Assembly (NCBI GenBank): GCA_038131935.1
Contig: JAYPQH010000017.1
Span: 32,001-96,000 of the forward strand
Direction of reading: 5' to 3'
DNA from: Alphaproteobacteria bacterium
GTDB lineage: Bacteria > Pseudomonadota > Alphaproteobacteria > UBA8317
DNA: 64,000 nucleotides
In this document: one piece after another, positions 31,610 through 44,155 of the stretch
How the letters are laid out: the number at the start of each line of letters is the position of its first letter
Numbering within the stretch: position 1 is the first letter of the stretch
The notes under the pieces: generated by a model
Told to the model about the DNA's origin: nothing
Database searches by the model: none
Seen by the model: the letters and a program-made list of their open reading frames with translations, nothing else
Position numbers and translations under genes: made by a program

Positions 31610-31978
31610 ATGATACAGATGCAAACCAACTTGGACGTTGCGGATAATTCTGGGGCGCGCCGGGTGCAGTGCATCAAGGTTCTTGGTGGTGCGAAACGAC
31701 GTACTGCCTCTATTGGCGACATCATTGTTGTGTCTGTCAAAGAAGCGATCCCTCGCGGTCGTGTAAAAAAGGGCCAGGTGTTAAAGGCGGTTGTGGTTCG
31801 TACAGCGAAGGAAACGCGCCGCCCAGACGGTAGTGTAATACGCTTTGATCGCAATGCTGCGGTTTTATTGGGCAACAACGGCGAACCTATTGGTACACGC
31901 ATATTCGGTCCTGTTACGCGGGAACTGCGCTCACGTGGCCAAATGAAGGTGATCTCTTTGGCGCCGGAGGTGTTGTGA
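31610..31978 (+). CDS. rplN: 50S ribosomal protein L14
   Basis: [23 protein letters not shown]. Confidence 0.99.
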   Translation: MIQMQTNLDVADNSGARRVQCIKVLGGAKRRTASIGDIIVVSVKEAIPRGRVKKGQVLKAVVVRTAKETRRPDGSVIRFDRNAAVLLGNNGEPIGTRIFGPVTRELRSRGQMKVISLAPEVL

Positions 31979-32292
31979 TGCAGAGAATTAGAAAAGGCGA
32001 CGACGTTATTGTTCTTGCAGGTCGTGACAAGGGAAAGAGGGGCGAGGTTATGTCCGTATTCCCAAAAGAAGATCGTGCAATTGTTCAGGGTATTAACTTG
32101 GTGAAGCGGCACACAAAACCTTCGCAGACAACGCAAGGAGGAATGGTGTCAAAGCGAATTGTCCATTCACCTTCTAACTTGGCGCTGATAGATCCAAAAA
32201 CAAATGAACCAACGCGGGTAGGCTATAAGCTACAAGAAGATGGCACCAAGGTTCGTTATGCAAAGAAGTCGGGGGATGTCATCGATGGCTGA
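31978..32292 (+). CDS. rplX: 50S ribosomal protein L24 (probable compensating +1/-1 indel pair near 32155-32173)
   Basis: [19 protein letters not shown] (KOW), PTRVG. Confidence 0.96.
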   Translation: MQRIRKGDDVIVLAGRDKGKRGEVMSVFPKEDRAIVQGINLVKRHTKPSQTTQGGMVSKRIVHSPSNLALIDPKTNEPTRVGYKLQEDGTKVRYAKKSGDVIDG

Positions 32293-32851
32293 TCAGTATA
32301 TTCCACGTATGCAGCAACATTATAAAGATGTTGTGCTTCCTGCAATGCAGGAGAAATTCGCATATAAAAATGTGATGATGATGCCAAAGCTTGATAAGAT
32401 AGTTATCAATATGGGCGTTGGTGAGGCGACACAAGATTCCAAGAAAGTTCGTAATGCTGTTGCTGAACTCACGAAGATTGTGGGTCAAAAACCGATTGTA
32501 ACCATAGCTCGGAAATCCAACGCGAGTTTCAAACTTCGTGAAGGGATGCCTATTGGTGCAAAGGTTACATTGCGGCGCGCACGTATGTATGAATTTGTAG
32601 ACCGTTTGATCACCATGGCTTTGCCGAGGGTAAGGGATTTCCGTGGGCTAAACCCAAAAAGTTTCGACGGTCGCGGTAACTTTGCAATGGGCATTAAGGA
32701 ACATATTGTTTTTCCTGAAATTGAATATGACAAAGTAGAGAATATTTGGGGTATGGACGTTATTGTTTGCACCACAGCGCAGACAGATGATGAGGCGCGT
32801 GAGTTGTTGCGTGGATTCCGCTTCCCATTCATCGGCATGCAAGAGGGTTGA
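32285..32851 (+). CDS. rplE: 50S ribosomal protein L5
   Basis: [26 protein letters not shown]. Confidence 0.98.
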   Translation: MADQYIPRMQQHYKDVVLPAMQEKFAYKNVMMMPKLDKIVINMGVGEATQDSKKVRNAVAELTKIVGQKPIVTIARKSNASFKLREGMPIGAKVTLRRARMYEFVDRLITMALPRVRDFRGLNPKSFDGRGNFAMGIKEHIVFPEIEYDKVENIWGMDVIVCTTAQTDDEARELLRGFRFPFIGMQEG

Positions 32852-32854
32852 GTT

Positions 32855-33160
32855 ATGGCGAAAAAAAGTTCGATTGAAAAAAATAAGCGCCGTATTCGCT
32901 TGTCGGCACAGCATAAGAATAAGCGCGACCAGTTGCGTGCAGTTGCACGTGATCGATCACTGCCAGCTGAAGAGCGTTTTGCAGCTTCTCTAAAACTTGC
33001 TGCAATGCCTAGGAATGGTGCTTTGTCTCGGGTGCGGAATCGCTGCGAAGTGACGGGTCGCCCACATGGCTATTATCGTAAATTAAAGATGTCACGTATT
33101 GCGCTGCGCGAGTTAGGTTCGCGTGGGTTGATACCTGGTCTCGTTAAGTCGAGTTGGTGA
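32855..33160 (+). CDS. rpsN: 30S ribosomal protein S14 (long, non-zinc type)
   Basis: [25 protein letters not shown]; 101 aa. Confidence 0.98.
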   Translation: MAKKSSIEKNKRRIRLSAQHKNKRDQLRAVARDRSLPAEERFAASLKLAAMPRNGALSRVRNRCEVTGRPHGYYRKLKMSRIALRELGSRGLIPGLVKSSW

Positions 33161-33170
33161 GGAGTTTCTG

Positions 33171-33569
33171 ATGGCTACAACTGATCCACTATCAGATATG
33201 TTAACCCGTATTCGTAACGCGCAAATGCGTAAGCACCCAAGGGTGATTTGTCCTGCATCAAGTCTGCGCGGTAACGTTTTAGATGTTCTTCGTGAGGAAG
33301 GCTTTATTCGTGGCTATACACGTGTTGAGCAACATAAAGGACTCGACGATTTTGAAATCGAATTGAAATACCACGAAGGTTCTCCAGCGATCCAGGAGAT
33401 GAAGCGTGTTTCTACTCCTGGTCGTCGTGTTTATAAAGGCGTGGAAGAGCTACCAAAGATTCGCAATGGTCTTGGTATCACCATCGTCTCCACTTCTAAG
33501 GGTGTCATGTCAGATGCTAGAGCACGTGAAGAAAATGTCGGTGGTGAAGTGCTTTGCACTGTATTCTAA
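33171..33569 (+). CDS. rpsH: 30S ribosomal protein S8
   Basis: [26 protein letters not shown]. Confidence 0.99.
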   Translation: MATTDPLSDMLTRIRNAQMRKHPRVICPASSLRGNVLDVLREEGFIRGYTRVEQHKGLDDFEIELKYHEGSPAIQEMKRVSTPGRRVYKGVEELPKIRNGLGITIVSTSKGVMSDARAREENVGGEVLCTVF

Positions 33570-33589
33570 CCTGAGAGAGGATTGTAAAC

Positions 33590-34123
33590 ATGTCTAGAAT
33601 TGGTAAGCGACCTGTTGAGATACCCTCAGGCGTTCAAGTCGAGTTGTCAGGTCGTGAGTTGTCGATCAAGGGACCTCGAGGCGCTGAGTCTTTGCAGTTG
33701 GTAGATGAAGTGAATTGTCAAATCGAGGACAATGCAATTTCCATTGTGCCTAGGGACAACACGAAGCGTGCTCGTTCAATGTGGGGTATGCAACGGACAC
33801 TTGTTCATAATAGCATTGAGGGCTTGAGCAAAGGTTTTGTTAAAGATCTTGAAATTACCGGTGTTGGTTTTAGGGCAATGCTTCAGGGCAAAATACTCGT
33901 TTTGCAGTTGGGGTACAGCCACGACATTTTTTATCCCATCCCAGAGGATATTGATATCAAATGTGAAAGGCCAACTGCGATATCGATTTCTGGTAATTCT
34001 AAGCAGCGTGTTGGGCAGATCGCTGCTGAAATACGGGCCCTTCGCGCACCAGAGCCATACAAAGGCAAGGGTGTTAAGTATGCAAACGAATATATCTTCC
34101 GTAAGGAAGGTAAGAAGAAGTAA
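33590..34123 (+). CDS. rplF: 50S ribosomal protein L6
   Basis: MSRIGKRPV, PEPYKGKG, RKEGKKK. Confidence 0.99.
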   Translation: MSRIGKRPVEIPSGVQVELSGRELSIKGPRGAESLQLVDEVNCQIEDNAISIVPRDNTKRARSMWGMQRTLVHNSIEGLSKGFVKDLEITGVGFRAMLQGKILVLQLGYSHDIFYPIPEDIDIKCERPTAISISGNSKQRVGQIAAEIRALRAPEPYKGKGVKYANEYIFRKEGKKK

Positions 34124-34132
34124 GGGTGTATC

Positions 34133-34486
34133 ATGGCAACTCGTAGTAAAATTTTTACACGTCGACGTAATAGGGTTCGTAATCACCTGAAAAAGGTTTC
34201 TAACGGTCGCCCTCGTTTGAGTGTGTTTCGCTCCGGTCGACATATTTATGCCCAAGTAATTGATGACATGCAGGGTGTAACTCTCGCTGCTGCGTCAACG
34301 TTGGAGAAAGATCTTGGTGCAACAGGTTCGAGTGTTGATGCGGCGGCAAAGGTTGGCAATCTGATAGCAGAACGTGCCAAGGCAGCTGGTGTTGAAACAG
34401 TTGTATTCGATCGTGGTGGTTTTATTTACCACGGGCGTGTTCGCTCATTAGCAGAAGCAGCACGTGAAGCTGGCCTGCAGTTTTAA
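34133..34486 (+). CDS. rplR: 50S ribosomal protein L18
   Basis: [23 protein letters not shown]. Confidence 0.99.
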   Translation: MATRSKIFTRRRNRVRNHLKKVSNGRPRLSVFRSGRHIYAQVIDDMQGVTLAAASTLEKDLGATGSSVDAAAKVGNLIAERAKAAGVETVVFDRGGFIYHGRVRSLAEAAREAGLQF

Positions 34487-34500
34487 TAAAGGATGGATTG

Positions 34501-35058
34501 ATGGCGCAAGAACGTGATAATAAAGAACGGGACTCTGAGTTCGTTGACCGTCTGGTCCATATTAATCGTGTGGCAAAGACAGTAAAAGGTGGTAAGAACT
34601 TTGCTTTTGCCGCACTGGTTGTTGTTGGGGATCAAAAGGGCCGCGTAGGCTTCGGTCATGGTAAGGCTCGTGAGGTGCCAGAAGCTATTCGTAAAGCAAC
34701 TGATCAAGCCAAGCGCCAGCTTATAAGGGTGCCTTTGCGTGAAGGTCGTACATTGCACCACGATATCGAGGGACGCCATGGCGCAGGTAAGGTTGTGCTG
34801 CGTGCAGCTCCAGTTGGTAAAGGCATCATTGCTGGTGGGCCCCTTCGTGCGGTATTTGAGACTTTGGGTATCCAGGATGTTGTCGCCAAATCTATTGGTA
34901 CTTCAAATCCATACAATATGGTTCGCGCAACCTTTGATGCGCTACAGCGTATGACGTCACCACGTATGGTAGCGGCACGTCGAAACTTAAAAGTCGCCGA
35001 CTTGGTTGCGCGCAGGAATGATGGGGTTTCTTCTGAAACAGCCATCGTTAATGAATGA
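34501..35058 (+). CDS. rpsE: 30S ribosomal protein S5
   Basis: [26 protein letters not shown]. Confidence 0.99.
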   Translation: MAQERDNKERDSEFVDRLVHINRVAKTVKGGKNFAFAALVVVGDQKGRVGFGHGKAREVPEAIRKATDQAKRQLIRVPLREGRTLHHDIEGRHGAGKVVLRAAPVGKGIIAGGPLRAVFETLGIQDVVAKSIGTSNPYNMVRATFDALQRMTSPRMVAARRNLKVADLVARRNDGVSSETAIVNE

Positions 35059-35068
35059 GGTGAGATTG

Positions 35069-35266
35069 ATGTCGGAAAACAAAAAGACAATTGTTGTTAA
35101 ACAGATTGGTAGTCCTATCCGTCGTGAATCCAAGCAGCAAGCGACATTGGTTGGACTAGGGTTGAACAAAATGAATCGTGTTCGTGTGTTGGAAGACACA
35201 CCGGCAATTCGTGGCATGATCACAAAGGTGTCCCATTTGGTGACCGTTGTGGAAGAAAAGAACTGA
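35069..35266 (+). CDS. rpmD: 50S ribosomal protein L30
   Basis: [23 protein letters not shown]. Confidence 0.97.
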   Translation: MSENKKTIVVKQIGSPIRRESKQQATLVGLGLNKMNRVRVLEDTPAIRGMITKVSHLVTVVEEKN

Positions 35267-35276
35267 GGGCGAAATC

Positions 35277-35765
35277 ATGAAACTTAATGAACTTGCCGAC
35301 AATCCAGGTGCGCGTAAGTCTCGCATGCGTGTTGGACGGGGTATTGGATCTGGTAAAGGAAAAACGGCTGGTCGTGGTGTCAAAGGGCAGAAGTCTCGCT
35401 CCGGTGTTGCGATTAAAGGTTTTGAAGGCGGTCAGATGCCTATTCATCGTCGTTTGCCAAAACGCGGGTTTAAAAAACCAAACCAAGTGCAATATGCTGA
35501 ATTGACCTTAGACAAGTTGGTCGCTGCCATTGCTGCTCAGAAGGTCGACGGTCAAAAACTACTCAACGAAGCTGATCTTGTGGCGTCTGGTGTTGTGAGG
35601 CGCAAAAAGGATGGTATTCGTTTGATTGGTACAGCTGATGTCAATTTGGCGGTTACTGTCGAGGTATCTGGTGTTACAGCAGGCGCTCGTCGCTGCATTG
35701 AGAGTGCAGGTGGTGCAGTGAATGTTGTTGTTGCGAAGCAAGTTGAAGGGGCAGACAGCGAATAA
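35277..35765 (+). CDS. rplO: 50S ribosomal protein L15
   Basis: [28 protein letters not shown]. Confidence 0.99.
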   Translation: MKLNELADNPGARKSRMRVGRGIGSGKGKTAGRGVKGQKSRSGVAIKGFEGGQMPIHRRLPKRGFKKPNQVQYAELTLDKLVAAIAAQKVDGQKLLNEADLVASGVVRRKKDGIRLIGTADVNLAVTVEVSGVTAGARRCIESAGGAVNVVVAKQVEGADSE

Positions 35766-35802
35766 TGTTGTCTATCTCTAGGATGCGTTAAACGGAGGTT
35801 AC

Positions 35803-37698
<1,896 letters not shown>

Positions 37699-37710
37699 GC
37701 TATCGAGGAC

Positions 37711-37738
37711 TTGACGTGATGGAGTATCACAGTATACT
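37711..37738 (+). promoter_or_regulatory. Putative sigma70 promoter of the alpha operon
   Basis: TTGACG-N16-TATACT followed by a CCGC discriminator. Confidence 0.7.
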
Positions 37739-37819
37739 CCGCACTTTCGTGGAAGTTTCAGGTGGGATTTACATTTGATTATTCCAAATCCTTGTTAGCC
37801 AGCAATCAGGAGTAACAAC

Positions 37820-38188
37820 GTGGCACGAATTGGTGGCGTAAATATACCAACAAATAAGCGCGTTCATATTGCGCTGACTTACATTCACGGCATTGGTCGT
37901 CATAATGCTAAGACGATCTGTAATGCATTGGATATTCAAGAACAGAGACGTGTTGCGGAATTAAGCGATGCTGAAATTATCCAGATACGAGAAATGATCG
38001 ATCGAGATTTTATGGTGGAAGGCGACCTTCGTCGTGAGCGAGCCATGAACATTAAAAGATTGATGGATTTGGGTTGTTATCGAGGACTTCGACATCGTCG
38101 TAATTTACCTGTTCGTGGACAACGGACACATACCAACGCGCGAACACGTAAGGGTCCTGCTCGACCGATCGCTGGTAAGAAGAAATAA
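37820..38188 (+). CDS. rpsM: 30S ribosomal protein S13
   Basis: GTG start; [26 protein letters not shown]. Confidence 0.99.
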   Translation: MARIGGVNIPTNKRVHIALTYIHGIGRHNAKTICNALDIQEQRRVAELSDAEIIQIREMIDRDFMVEGDLRRERAMNIKRLMDLGCYRGLRHRRNLPVRGQRTHTNARTRKGPARPIAGKKK

Positions 38189-38200
38189 GGAAGTTACGTC

Positions 38201-38593
38201 ATGGCAAGACAAGATAAGACACGTGTTCGTCGTAAGGAACGCAAGAACATCTCTTCAGGGGTTGCTCATGTGCTATCGACCTTTAACAACACTTTGATCA
38301 CTATTTCTGATGCGCAGGGAAATGCTATTTCTTGGTCGTCAGCGGGTGCATTAGGTTTTAAGGGTTCGCGTAAATCCACGCCATATGCTGCTCAAGTTGC
38401 TGCAGAAGAAGCAGGAAAAAAGGCCCAAGAACATGGCATGAAAAGTCTCGACGTGGAGGTTTGTGGCCCTGGTTCAGGCAGAGAGAGCGCTTTGAGGGCT
38501 TTGTCGTCGATTGGGTTTACTATCTCCTCTATCCGAGATGTTACGCCCATACCTCACAATGGTTGTCGTCCTCCTAAGCGGCGTCGGGTATAA
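38201..38593 (+). CDS. rpsK: 30S ribosomal protein S11
   Basis: [29 protein letters not shown]. Confidence 0.99.
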   Translation: MARQDKTRVRRKERKNISSGVAHVLSTFNNTLITISDAQGNAISWSSAGALGFKGSRKSTPYAAQVAAEEAGKKAQEHGMKSLDVEVCGPGSGRESALRALSSIGFTISSIRDVTPIPHNGCRPPKRRRV

Positions 38594-38620
38594 AATTTTT
38601 TAATAACGAGGTGCAACTCT

Positions 38621-39646
38621 ATGGATGTAGCAATCCAGAAAAACTGGCTCGAATTAATTAAGCCAACGGAAATTCAATCCCAATCATCGCTTGGACATAA
38701 GCGTTCTAAAATCGAAGTTGAGCCATTAGAACGGGGCTTTGGTATAACGCTAGGTAATGCGTTGCGTAGGGTTTTGTTATCATCCATACGTGGGTCAGCC
38801 ATCATTGCCGTTCAAATTGACGGTGTTCTCCATGAATTTTCGTCTATTGCCGGTGTTCGTGAGGATGTGACTGACATTGTTCTCAATACCAAGGGGATTG
38901 CAGTGCGCTCCCAAGTTGAGGGATTAAAGCGTCTGGTTCTTGATGCAAAAGGTCCTTGTGAGGTGCGTGCTGGTGACATCTCGACAACGGGTGATATTCA
39001 GGTTTTAAACCCAGATCACGCGATTTGTACCTTGGACGATGGTGTAGAGTTACACATGGAGTTTTTGGTTTCTTCAGGGCGAGGATATGTCCCTGCTGAG
39101 AAGAACCGTACAGAAGACGCCCCAATCGGTTTGATTCCCATCGATGCCATTTTCTCACCTGTAAAGCGTGTTGCCTACAGTGTAGAAAATACGCGGGTCG
39201 GGCAGGGTCTCGATTATGACAAGTTGATCATGGAAATTGAGACGGATGGTACGGTGTTGCCAGAGGATGCGTTGGCTTACTCGGCCCGTATTTTACAGGA
39301 TCAGCTTCAGGTGTTTATCAACTTTGAGGAGGCACAACCTACCGTTGTTGTGCCAGAGGCACAAACCATTGACTTCAACCCAGCCCTATTGAAGAAGGTG
39401 GATGAGTTGGAATTGTCTGTGCGTTCTGCCAATTGCCTCAAGAATGATAACATTGTTTATATTGGTGATCTTCTTCAAAAAACCGAAGCAGAGCTTTTGC
39501 GCACGCCTAATTTTGGCCGTAAGTCATTGAATGAGATTAAAGAAGTCTTAAGTCATATGGGATTGCATTTGGGTATGGATATTCCCGATTGGCCTCCTGA
39601 AAATATTGATGATTTGGCGAAAAAATATGATGAGCCAAGTTTCTGA
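38621..39646 (+). CDS. rpoA: RNA polymerase alpha subunit
   Basis: [36 protein letters not shown]. Confidence 0.99.
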   Translation: MDVAIQKNWLELIKPTEIQSQSSLGHKRSKIEVEPLERGFGITLGNALRRVLLSSIRGSAIIAVQIDGVLHEFSSIAGVREDVTDIVLNTKGIAVRSQVEGLKRLVLDAKGPCEVRAGDISTTGDIQVLNPDHAICTLDDGVELHMEFLVSSGRGYVPAEKNRTEDAPIGLIPIDAIFSPVKRVAYSVENTRVGQGLDYDKLIMEIETDGTVLPEDALAYSARILQDQLQVFINFEEAQPTVVVPEAQTIDFNPALLKKVDELELSVRSANCLKNDNIVYIGDLLQKTEAELLRTPNFGRKSLNEIKEVLSHMGLHLGMDIPDWPPENIDDLAKKYDEPSF

Positions 39647-39678
39647 ACCTTAAAGAGCTTGTCTGAAGGATAAAAAAT

Positions 39679-40095
39679 ATGCGTCACGGAAATTCTTTGC
39701 GTAAACTTAACCGCACACATTCACACCGCAAAGCAATGTTTGCTAATATGGCAGCATCTTTAATCAAACATGAGCAGATAAAGACAACGCTTCCCAAGGC
39801 GAAAGAGTTAAGACCTATTGTGGAGCGTCTGGTCACATTATCCAAGCGTGGAGATCTTCATGCCCGCAGATTGGTAGCTTCTCGGCTTCAGGATAAGGAT
39901 ATGACACAGAAGTTGTTTGATATACTGGGTCCTCGGTACCAAGAGCGCCAAGGTGGTTATATTCGTATCATGAAAGCTGGTTTTAGATATGGAGATAACG
40001 CCCCCATGGCAGTGATTGAGTTTGTGGAGCGTGATGTTGAGGCTAAGGGTCAAGATTCTGGTGCCATTGAAGTATTGGCTGATAACGAAGCTTAA
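39679..40095 (+). CDS. rplQ: 50S ribosomal protein L17
   Basis: [27 protein letters not shown]. Confidence 0.99.
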   Translation: MRHGNSLRKLNRTHSHRKAMFANMAASLIKHEQIKTTLPKAKELRPIVERLVTLSKRGDLHARRLVASRLQDKDMTQKLFDILGPRYQERQGGYIRIMKAGFRYGDNAPMAVIEFVERDVEAKGQDSGAIEVLADNEA

Positions 40096-40123
40096 TGGTC
40101 TTTTCTATCAGTAAACGAATAAG

Positions 40124-40151
40124 AAAGTTGCCCAAGGGCAGCTTTTTTTTT
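40124..40151 (+). terminator. Rho-independent terminator of the alpha operon
   Basis: AAAGTTGCC-CAAG-GGCAGCTTT followed by a T run. Confidence 0.85.
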
Positions 40152-40252
40152 GTTTGAATAGTCATGGCTTGAAAATAGATGATCTGCAGGGCCATGGTCA
40201 TGTGATGGTGTTGTCTTGTTACAGGAATTAAAAGGGGTTGTTACGAAACGTC

Positions 40253-41199
40253 ATGGATCACAGCAAATCTAAAAGACATGTGTATATTGTTGATGATGAA
40301 CAAAATGGTAGACGTCTGGATAGGGTAATAAGAGCGCAGCAAGGCAATGTGCCCCAGGCCTTGATAGAGAAATGGGCCCGTAGCAAGTCTCTTTTGGTAA
40401 ATAGCCAGCCATCAAAACCCAACCAAAGACTAAATATGGGAGATGAAGTAAGTTGGCCTGATGTGACTGAGGTTATCAAGCTTCGATCAAGAGAGAATCG
40501 TAAGCAAAACCTATCTCATCAAGAAATTGATATTGTTTTTCGAGCCAAATCTTTTTTGGTCCTTAATAAACCATCCGGGTTGGCATCTCAGGGGGGGAGC
40601 GGTCTTAATTATTCGGTCGATGATTGGTTAACCTCATTAGATGGTCATTGGAAGCTGGTGCATCGACTTGATCGAGCAACCTCTGGTTGTTTGTTGGTGG
40701 CTAGAGGCGCCAAAGCTACTGAGCATTTTGCACAACAATTTCGTGAACGCTCAACCTGTAAATTTTATCTAGCATTGGTGAAAGATGGTGGGGTGAGCAG
40801 ACCGGTTACATTGATGTTCCACTGCGTAGACGAGATGATGTGTCAAGAAAGTCTTTTGTTGAAGTCCATCCTGAAGGTGACAGTGCGTCTACATATTTTC
40901 ATTATTTAGGTGGCGGTGAAGATCAGCATCTGATGCTATTGCGTCCGCTTACAGGGAGAATGCATCAATTGAGGGTGCATATGGCAAGCAAGGGTACACC
41001 TATTATAGGCGATAGTTTGTATGGAGGTCACGACGCAGAAAGGTTGGCGCTTCATGCCTTATGTTTGTCTGTTAACGATCAAGATGATAACCGTCACTGG
41101 ATGACAGCAAACCCAGGGCCTGATTATAAGCGTTTGGCGCCTGATCTTATGAAATATATACCTGACCAAGATATACTTGAGGCATTGGGTGATGTCTGA
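40253..41199 (+). CDS. rluC: RluA/RluC-family 23S rRNA pseudouridine synthase (-1 indel near 40792; start uncertain)
   Basis: S4-like RLDR, NKPSGLASQGG, catalytic VHRLDRATSG; TGRMHQLRVH and PIIGDSLYG in ORF 40840..41199. Confidence 0.88.
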
Positions 41200-41851
41200 A
41201 CCTACACTCATTCTGTTTGATTGTGATGGCACATTGATGAATGGGGGGGTGGTTGTTGCAGAGGTTATGAAGGAGACCTTCGTCAACATGGGTATGAAAC
41301 CTCCGTCATCGAGTGATGTTTTTATGCTCATTGGTCTCAATTTGGATATCGTTATACAAAGACTGGGTGTTGAGGACGAACATATTAATATCTTTGTATC
41401 TGAGTATAAAAAAAATATGCTTCAAAGACGAGAAAAAGGTCCTTTGTATGAACCTTTATATGACGGAGTTTTGGGTTTACTTCAAAAGCTTTCCCATCAG
41501 CCTCATCTATTGCTTGGGGTGGCAACCGGAAAATCACTCCGTGGGTTAATGTTAGCGTTGAAGCATCATGAAATTGATCGTTATTTTACGGTTTTCAGAA
41601 CCCCTGACCATGGCCCAGGAAAACCTGACCCATTTATGATAACGGATGCTGCGAAAAGTTTGGGTATAACATCTGAGAGGACAATGATGATTGGTGACAC
41701 AAGCTTTGATATGAAAATGGCATGTGCGGCACATGCAAAAGCAGTTGGCGTTTCATGGGGGTATCATTCTGCTGAGCACTTGTTTGGTAGTGGTGCAGGT
41801 CATGTGGCAGCCGATACACGAGAATTGTATGAAATAATCATGGATTTTTGA
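41192..41851 (+). CDS. HAD-family hydrolase (phosphoglycolate phosphatase-like)
   Basis: FDCDGTL, GVATGK, KPDP, MIGDTSFD, GVSWGYH. Confidence 0.92.
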   Translation: MSEPTLILFDCDGTLMNGGVVVAEVMKETFVNMGMKPPSSSDVFMLIGLNLDIVIQRLGVEDEHINIFVSEYKKNMLQRREKGPLYEPLYDGVLGLLQKLSHQPHLLLGVATGKSLRGLMLALKHHEIDRYFTVFRTPDHGPGKPDPFMITDAAKSLGITSERTMMIGDTSFDMKMACAAHAKAVGVSWGYHSAEHLFGSGAGHVAADTRELYEIIMDF

Positions 41852-41854
41852 TCA

Positions 41855-42556
41855 ATGTCATCTCAATTTGTAAGTCAGATTATGACAAAGGGTGAGCCGC
41901 CTCACATTGTTGTCTGCAACAATGAAAAGCCTGTTAAAACCCCCAAGGGCAATATCTTGATGTCCCCTAGCGAGGAATTGGCCCGTTATGTATGTACGGA
42001 ACTGAAGGCATGTCTTGAAGACAAGACCACTCCAGGAGCAGCACTTAAACTGCACAATACTTATCTTGATCGCTCGGAGGATGATATTCTTCTCTGGCAA
42101 AATTTATGTATGGAGCAACTCCGCTCAGATGCTATCTGGATTAGAGAACCTTACCCGGAAGCTTTGTGTAAAGAACAAGATGCTCTCTTTGCGCCTTTTG
42201 AACATGTGGCCAGTCAGAGATTTGGTTATTTGCCTCAGCCGTCGCAATCTCTTTTGTTTCCAGCGATCAATAAGGACGGCGAACAGGGGGTTAAAAAATT
42301 TCTGATAGATTTGACACCTATAGGACTGCTTGCCTTTTTAGGACTGGTACAACGTTGTCAATCCTTTATCCTACCTTATGGTCATATATATGGGAGCATA
42401 TCTTGGGAAGGAATTCGTGACGCACTTTTTGTCGAAGAAAACTGGCAGCGACGATATTGGGGGGAAGATAAGGAGGCTCTTGCGCGACAAGCTCATCTAA
42501 CAGAAGATCTTTGGTATTATTGCACACTTACGCGACTTGCCCAACAAGCATCTTAG
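41855..42556 (+). CDS. ATP12-family F1-ATPase assembly chaperone
   Basis: KPVKTPKGN, VEENWQRRYWGEDKEA; conserved rluC-HAD-ATP12 order. Confidence 0.85.
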   Translation: MSSQFVSQIMTKGEPPHIVVCNNEKPVKTPKGNILMSPSEELARYVCTELKACLEDKTTPGAALKLHNTYLDRSEDDILLWQNLCMEQLRSDAIWIREPYPEALCKEQDALFAPFEHVASQRFGYLPQPSQSLLFPAINKDGEQGVKKFLIDLTPIGLLAFLGLVQRCQSFILPYGHIYGSISWEGIRDALFVEENWQRRYWGEDKEALARQAHLTEDLWYYCTLTRLAQQAS

Positions 42557-42605
42557 TGGCAGTGAGTTTTTGACTGCTCGATAAAAGTAATAACGGAAAG
42601 CTGAT

Positions 42606-44138
42606 ATGAAACCTATCATTGAACAACTTGAGGAAAAACGAACCAAGGCGAAGTTGGGTGGTGGATTGGTGCGCCAAGAAGCACAACATAAAAAAGGTAA
42701 ACTCACCGCCCGCGAACGATTGGACCTTTTCCTCGATCCCGGTAGTTTTGAAGAATACGACATGTTCGTTCAACATCGTTGTTACGAGTTTGGTATGGAG
42801 CAGCATGAATTTCCAGGAGACTCAGTGGTAACAGGGTGGGGCACTGTTAACGGAAGATTGGTGTTTGTTTTCTCGCAAGACTTTACCGTTTTTGGTGGTT
42901 CACTCTCTGAAGTACATGCCGAGAAAATTTGTAAAATTATGGACAAAGCCATGGATGTTGGTGCCCCTGTCATTGGGTTGAATGACTCAGGAGGAGCACG
43001 CATCCAAGAGGGTGTTGATTCTCTTGGTGGTTATGCAGATGTGTTTTTGCGCAATGTAAAAGCATCTGGGGTTGTGCCACAGATTTCTGTCATTATGGGG
43101 CCTTGCGCAGGTGGAGCCGTGTACTCTCCCGCGATGACTGACTTTATATTTATGGTTCGTGATAGTTCCTATATGTTCGTGACTGGTCCGGACGTTGTTA
43201 AAACAGTCACCAATGAAGTTGTCTCAGCAGAGGAGTTAGGGGGTGCGTCAACCCACACCAGTAAATCTTCTGTGGCCGATGGCGCCTACGATAATGATGT
43301 TGAAGCCCTTTTACAGACCAGAAGATTGGTAGGGTTTTTACCGCAATCTTCTCGTGAGAAGCCTCCTCGGATTCAGCGCTATGAAAGTATTGAGCATGCT
43401 GATGAGAGTTTGGACACCATTATCCCTGAAAATCCTAATGTTCCTTATGATATGAAAGAAGTGATTACCAAAATCATCGATGATGGGGACTTTTTTGAAA
43501 TTCAAGAAGACTTTGCACGTAACATCATCACTGGTTTTGCGCGTATTGATGGAGGTACGGTTGGCATCGTCGCTAACCAGCCAATGATATTGGCTGGTTG
43601 TTTGGATATTGATTCATCGCGGAAGGCTGCACGATTTGTTCGCTTTTGTGATGCCTTTAATATTCCCATTCTAACATTTGTCGATGTTCCTGGGTTTTTG
43701 CCAGGCACGGCTCAGGAATATGGTGGTATTATAAAACAAGGTGCAAAATTACTGTTTGCCTTTGCGGAAGCTACTGTTCCAAAGATAACTGTGATCACCC
43801 GAAAAGCCTATGGTGGTGCATATGATGTAATGAGTTCTAAGCATCTTCGAGGTGATGTGAATTATGCATGGCCAACAGCTGAGATTGCGGTTATGGGGGC
43901 AAAAGGTGCTGTGGAAATTTTGTATCGTTCTGAATTGGGAGATGTAGACAAAATTGCTGAGCGTACAAAGGATTATGAGGATCGATTTGCTAATCCGTTT
44001 GTGGCAGCTCAACGGGGCTTTATTGATGATGTCATCATGCCACGGAATACGCGAAGACGGGTAGCGCGGGCCTTGAGCATGCTTGCCAACAAACAGGTCG
44101 TTAATCCACCCAAAAAACATGATAATATACCTCTTTAA
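42606..44138 (+). CDS. pccB: Propionyl-CoA carboxylase beta (carboxyltransferase) subunit
   Basis: [35 protein letters not shown]. Confidence 0.95.
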   Translation: MKPIIEQLEEKRTKAKLGGGLVRQEAQHKKGKLTARERLDLFLDPGSFEEYDMFVQHRCYEFGMEQHEFPGDSVVTGWGTVNGRLVFVFSQDFTVFGGSLSEVHAEKICKIMDKAMDVGAPVIGLNDSGGARIQEGVDSLGGYADVFLRNVKASGVVPQISVIMGPCAGGAVYSPAMTDFIFMVRDSSYMFVTGPDVVKTVTNEVVSAEELGGASTHTSKSSVADGAYDNDVEALLQTRRLVGFLPQSSREKPPRIQRYESIEHADESLDTIIPENPNVPYDMKEVITKIIDDGDFFEIQEDFARNIITGFARIDGGTVGIVANQPMILAGCLDIDSSRKAARFVRFCDAFNIPILTFVDVPGFLPGTAQEYGGIIKQGAKLLFAFAEATVPKITVITRKAYGGAYDVMSSKHLRGDVNYAWPTAEIAVMGAKGAVEILYRSELGDVDKIAERTKDYEDRFANPFVAAQRGFIDDVIMPRNTRRRVARALSMLANKQVVNPPKKHDNIPL

Positions 44139-44155
44139 CGGATAGGGTCATCACC

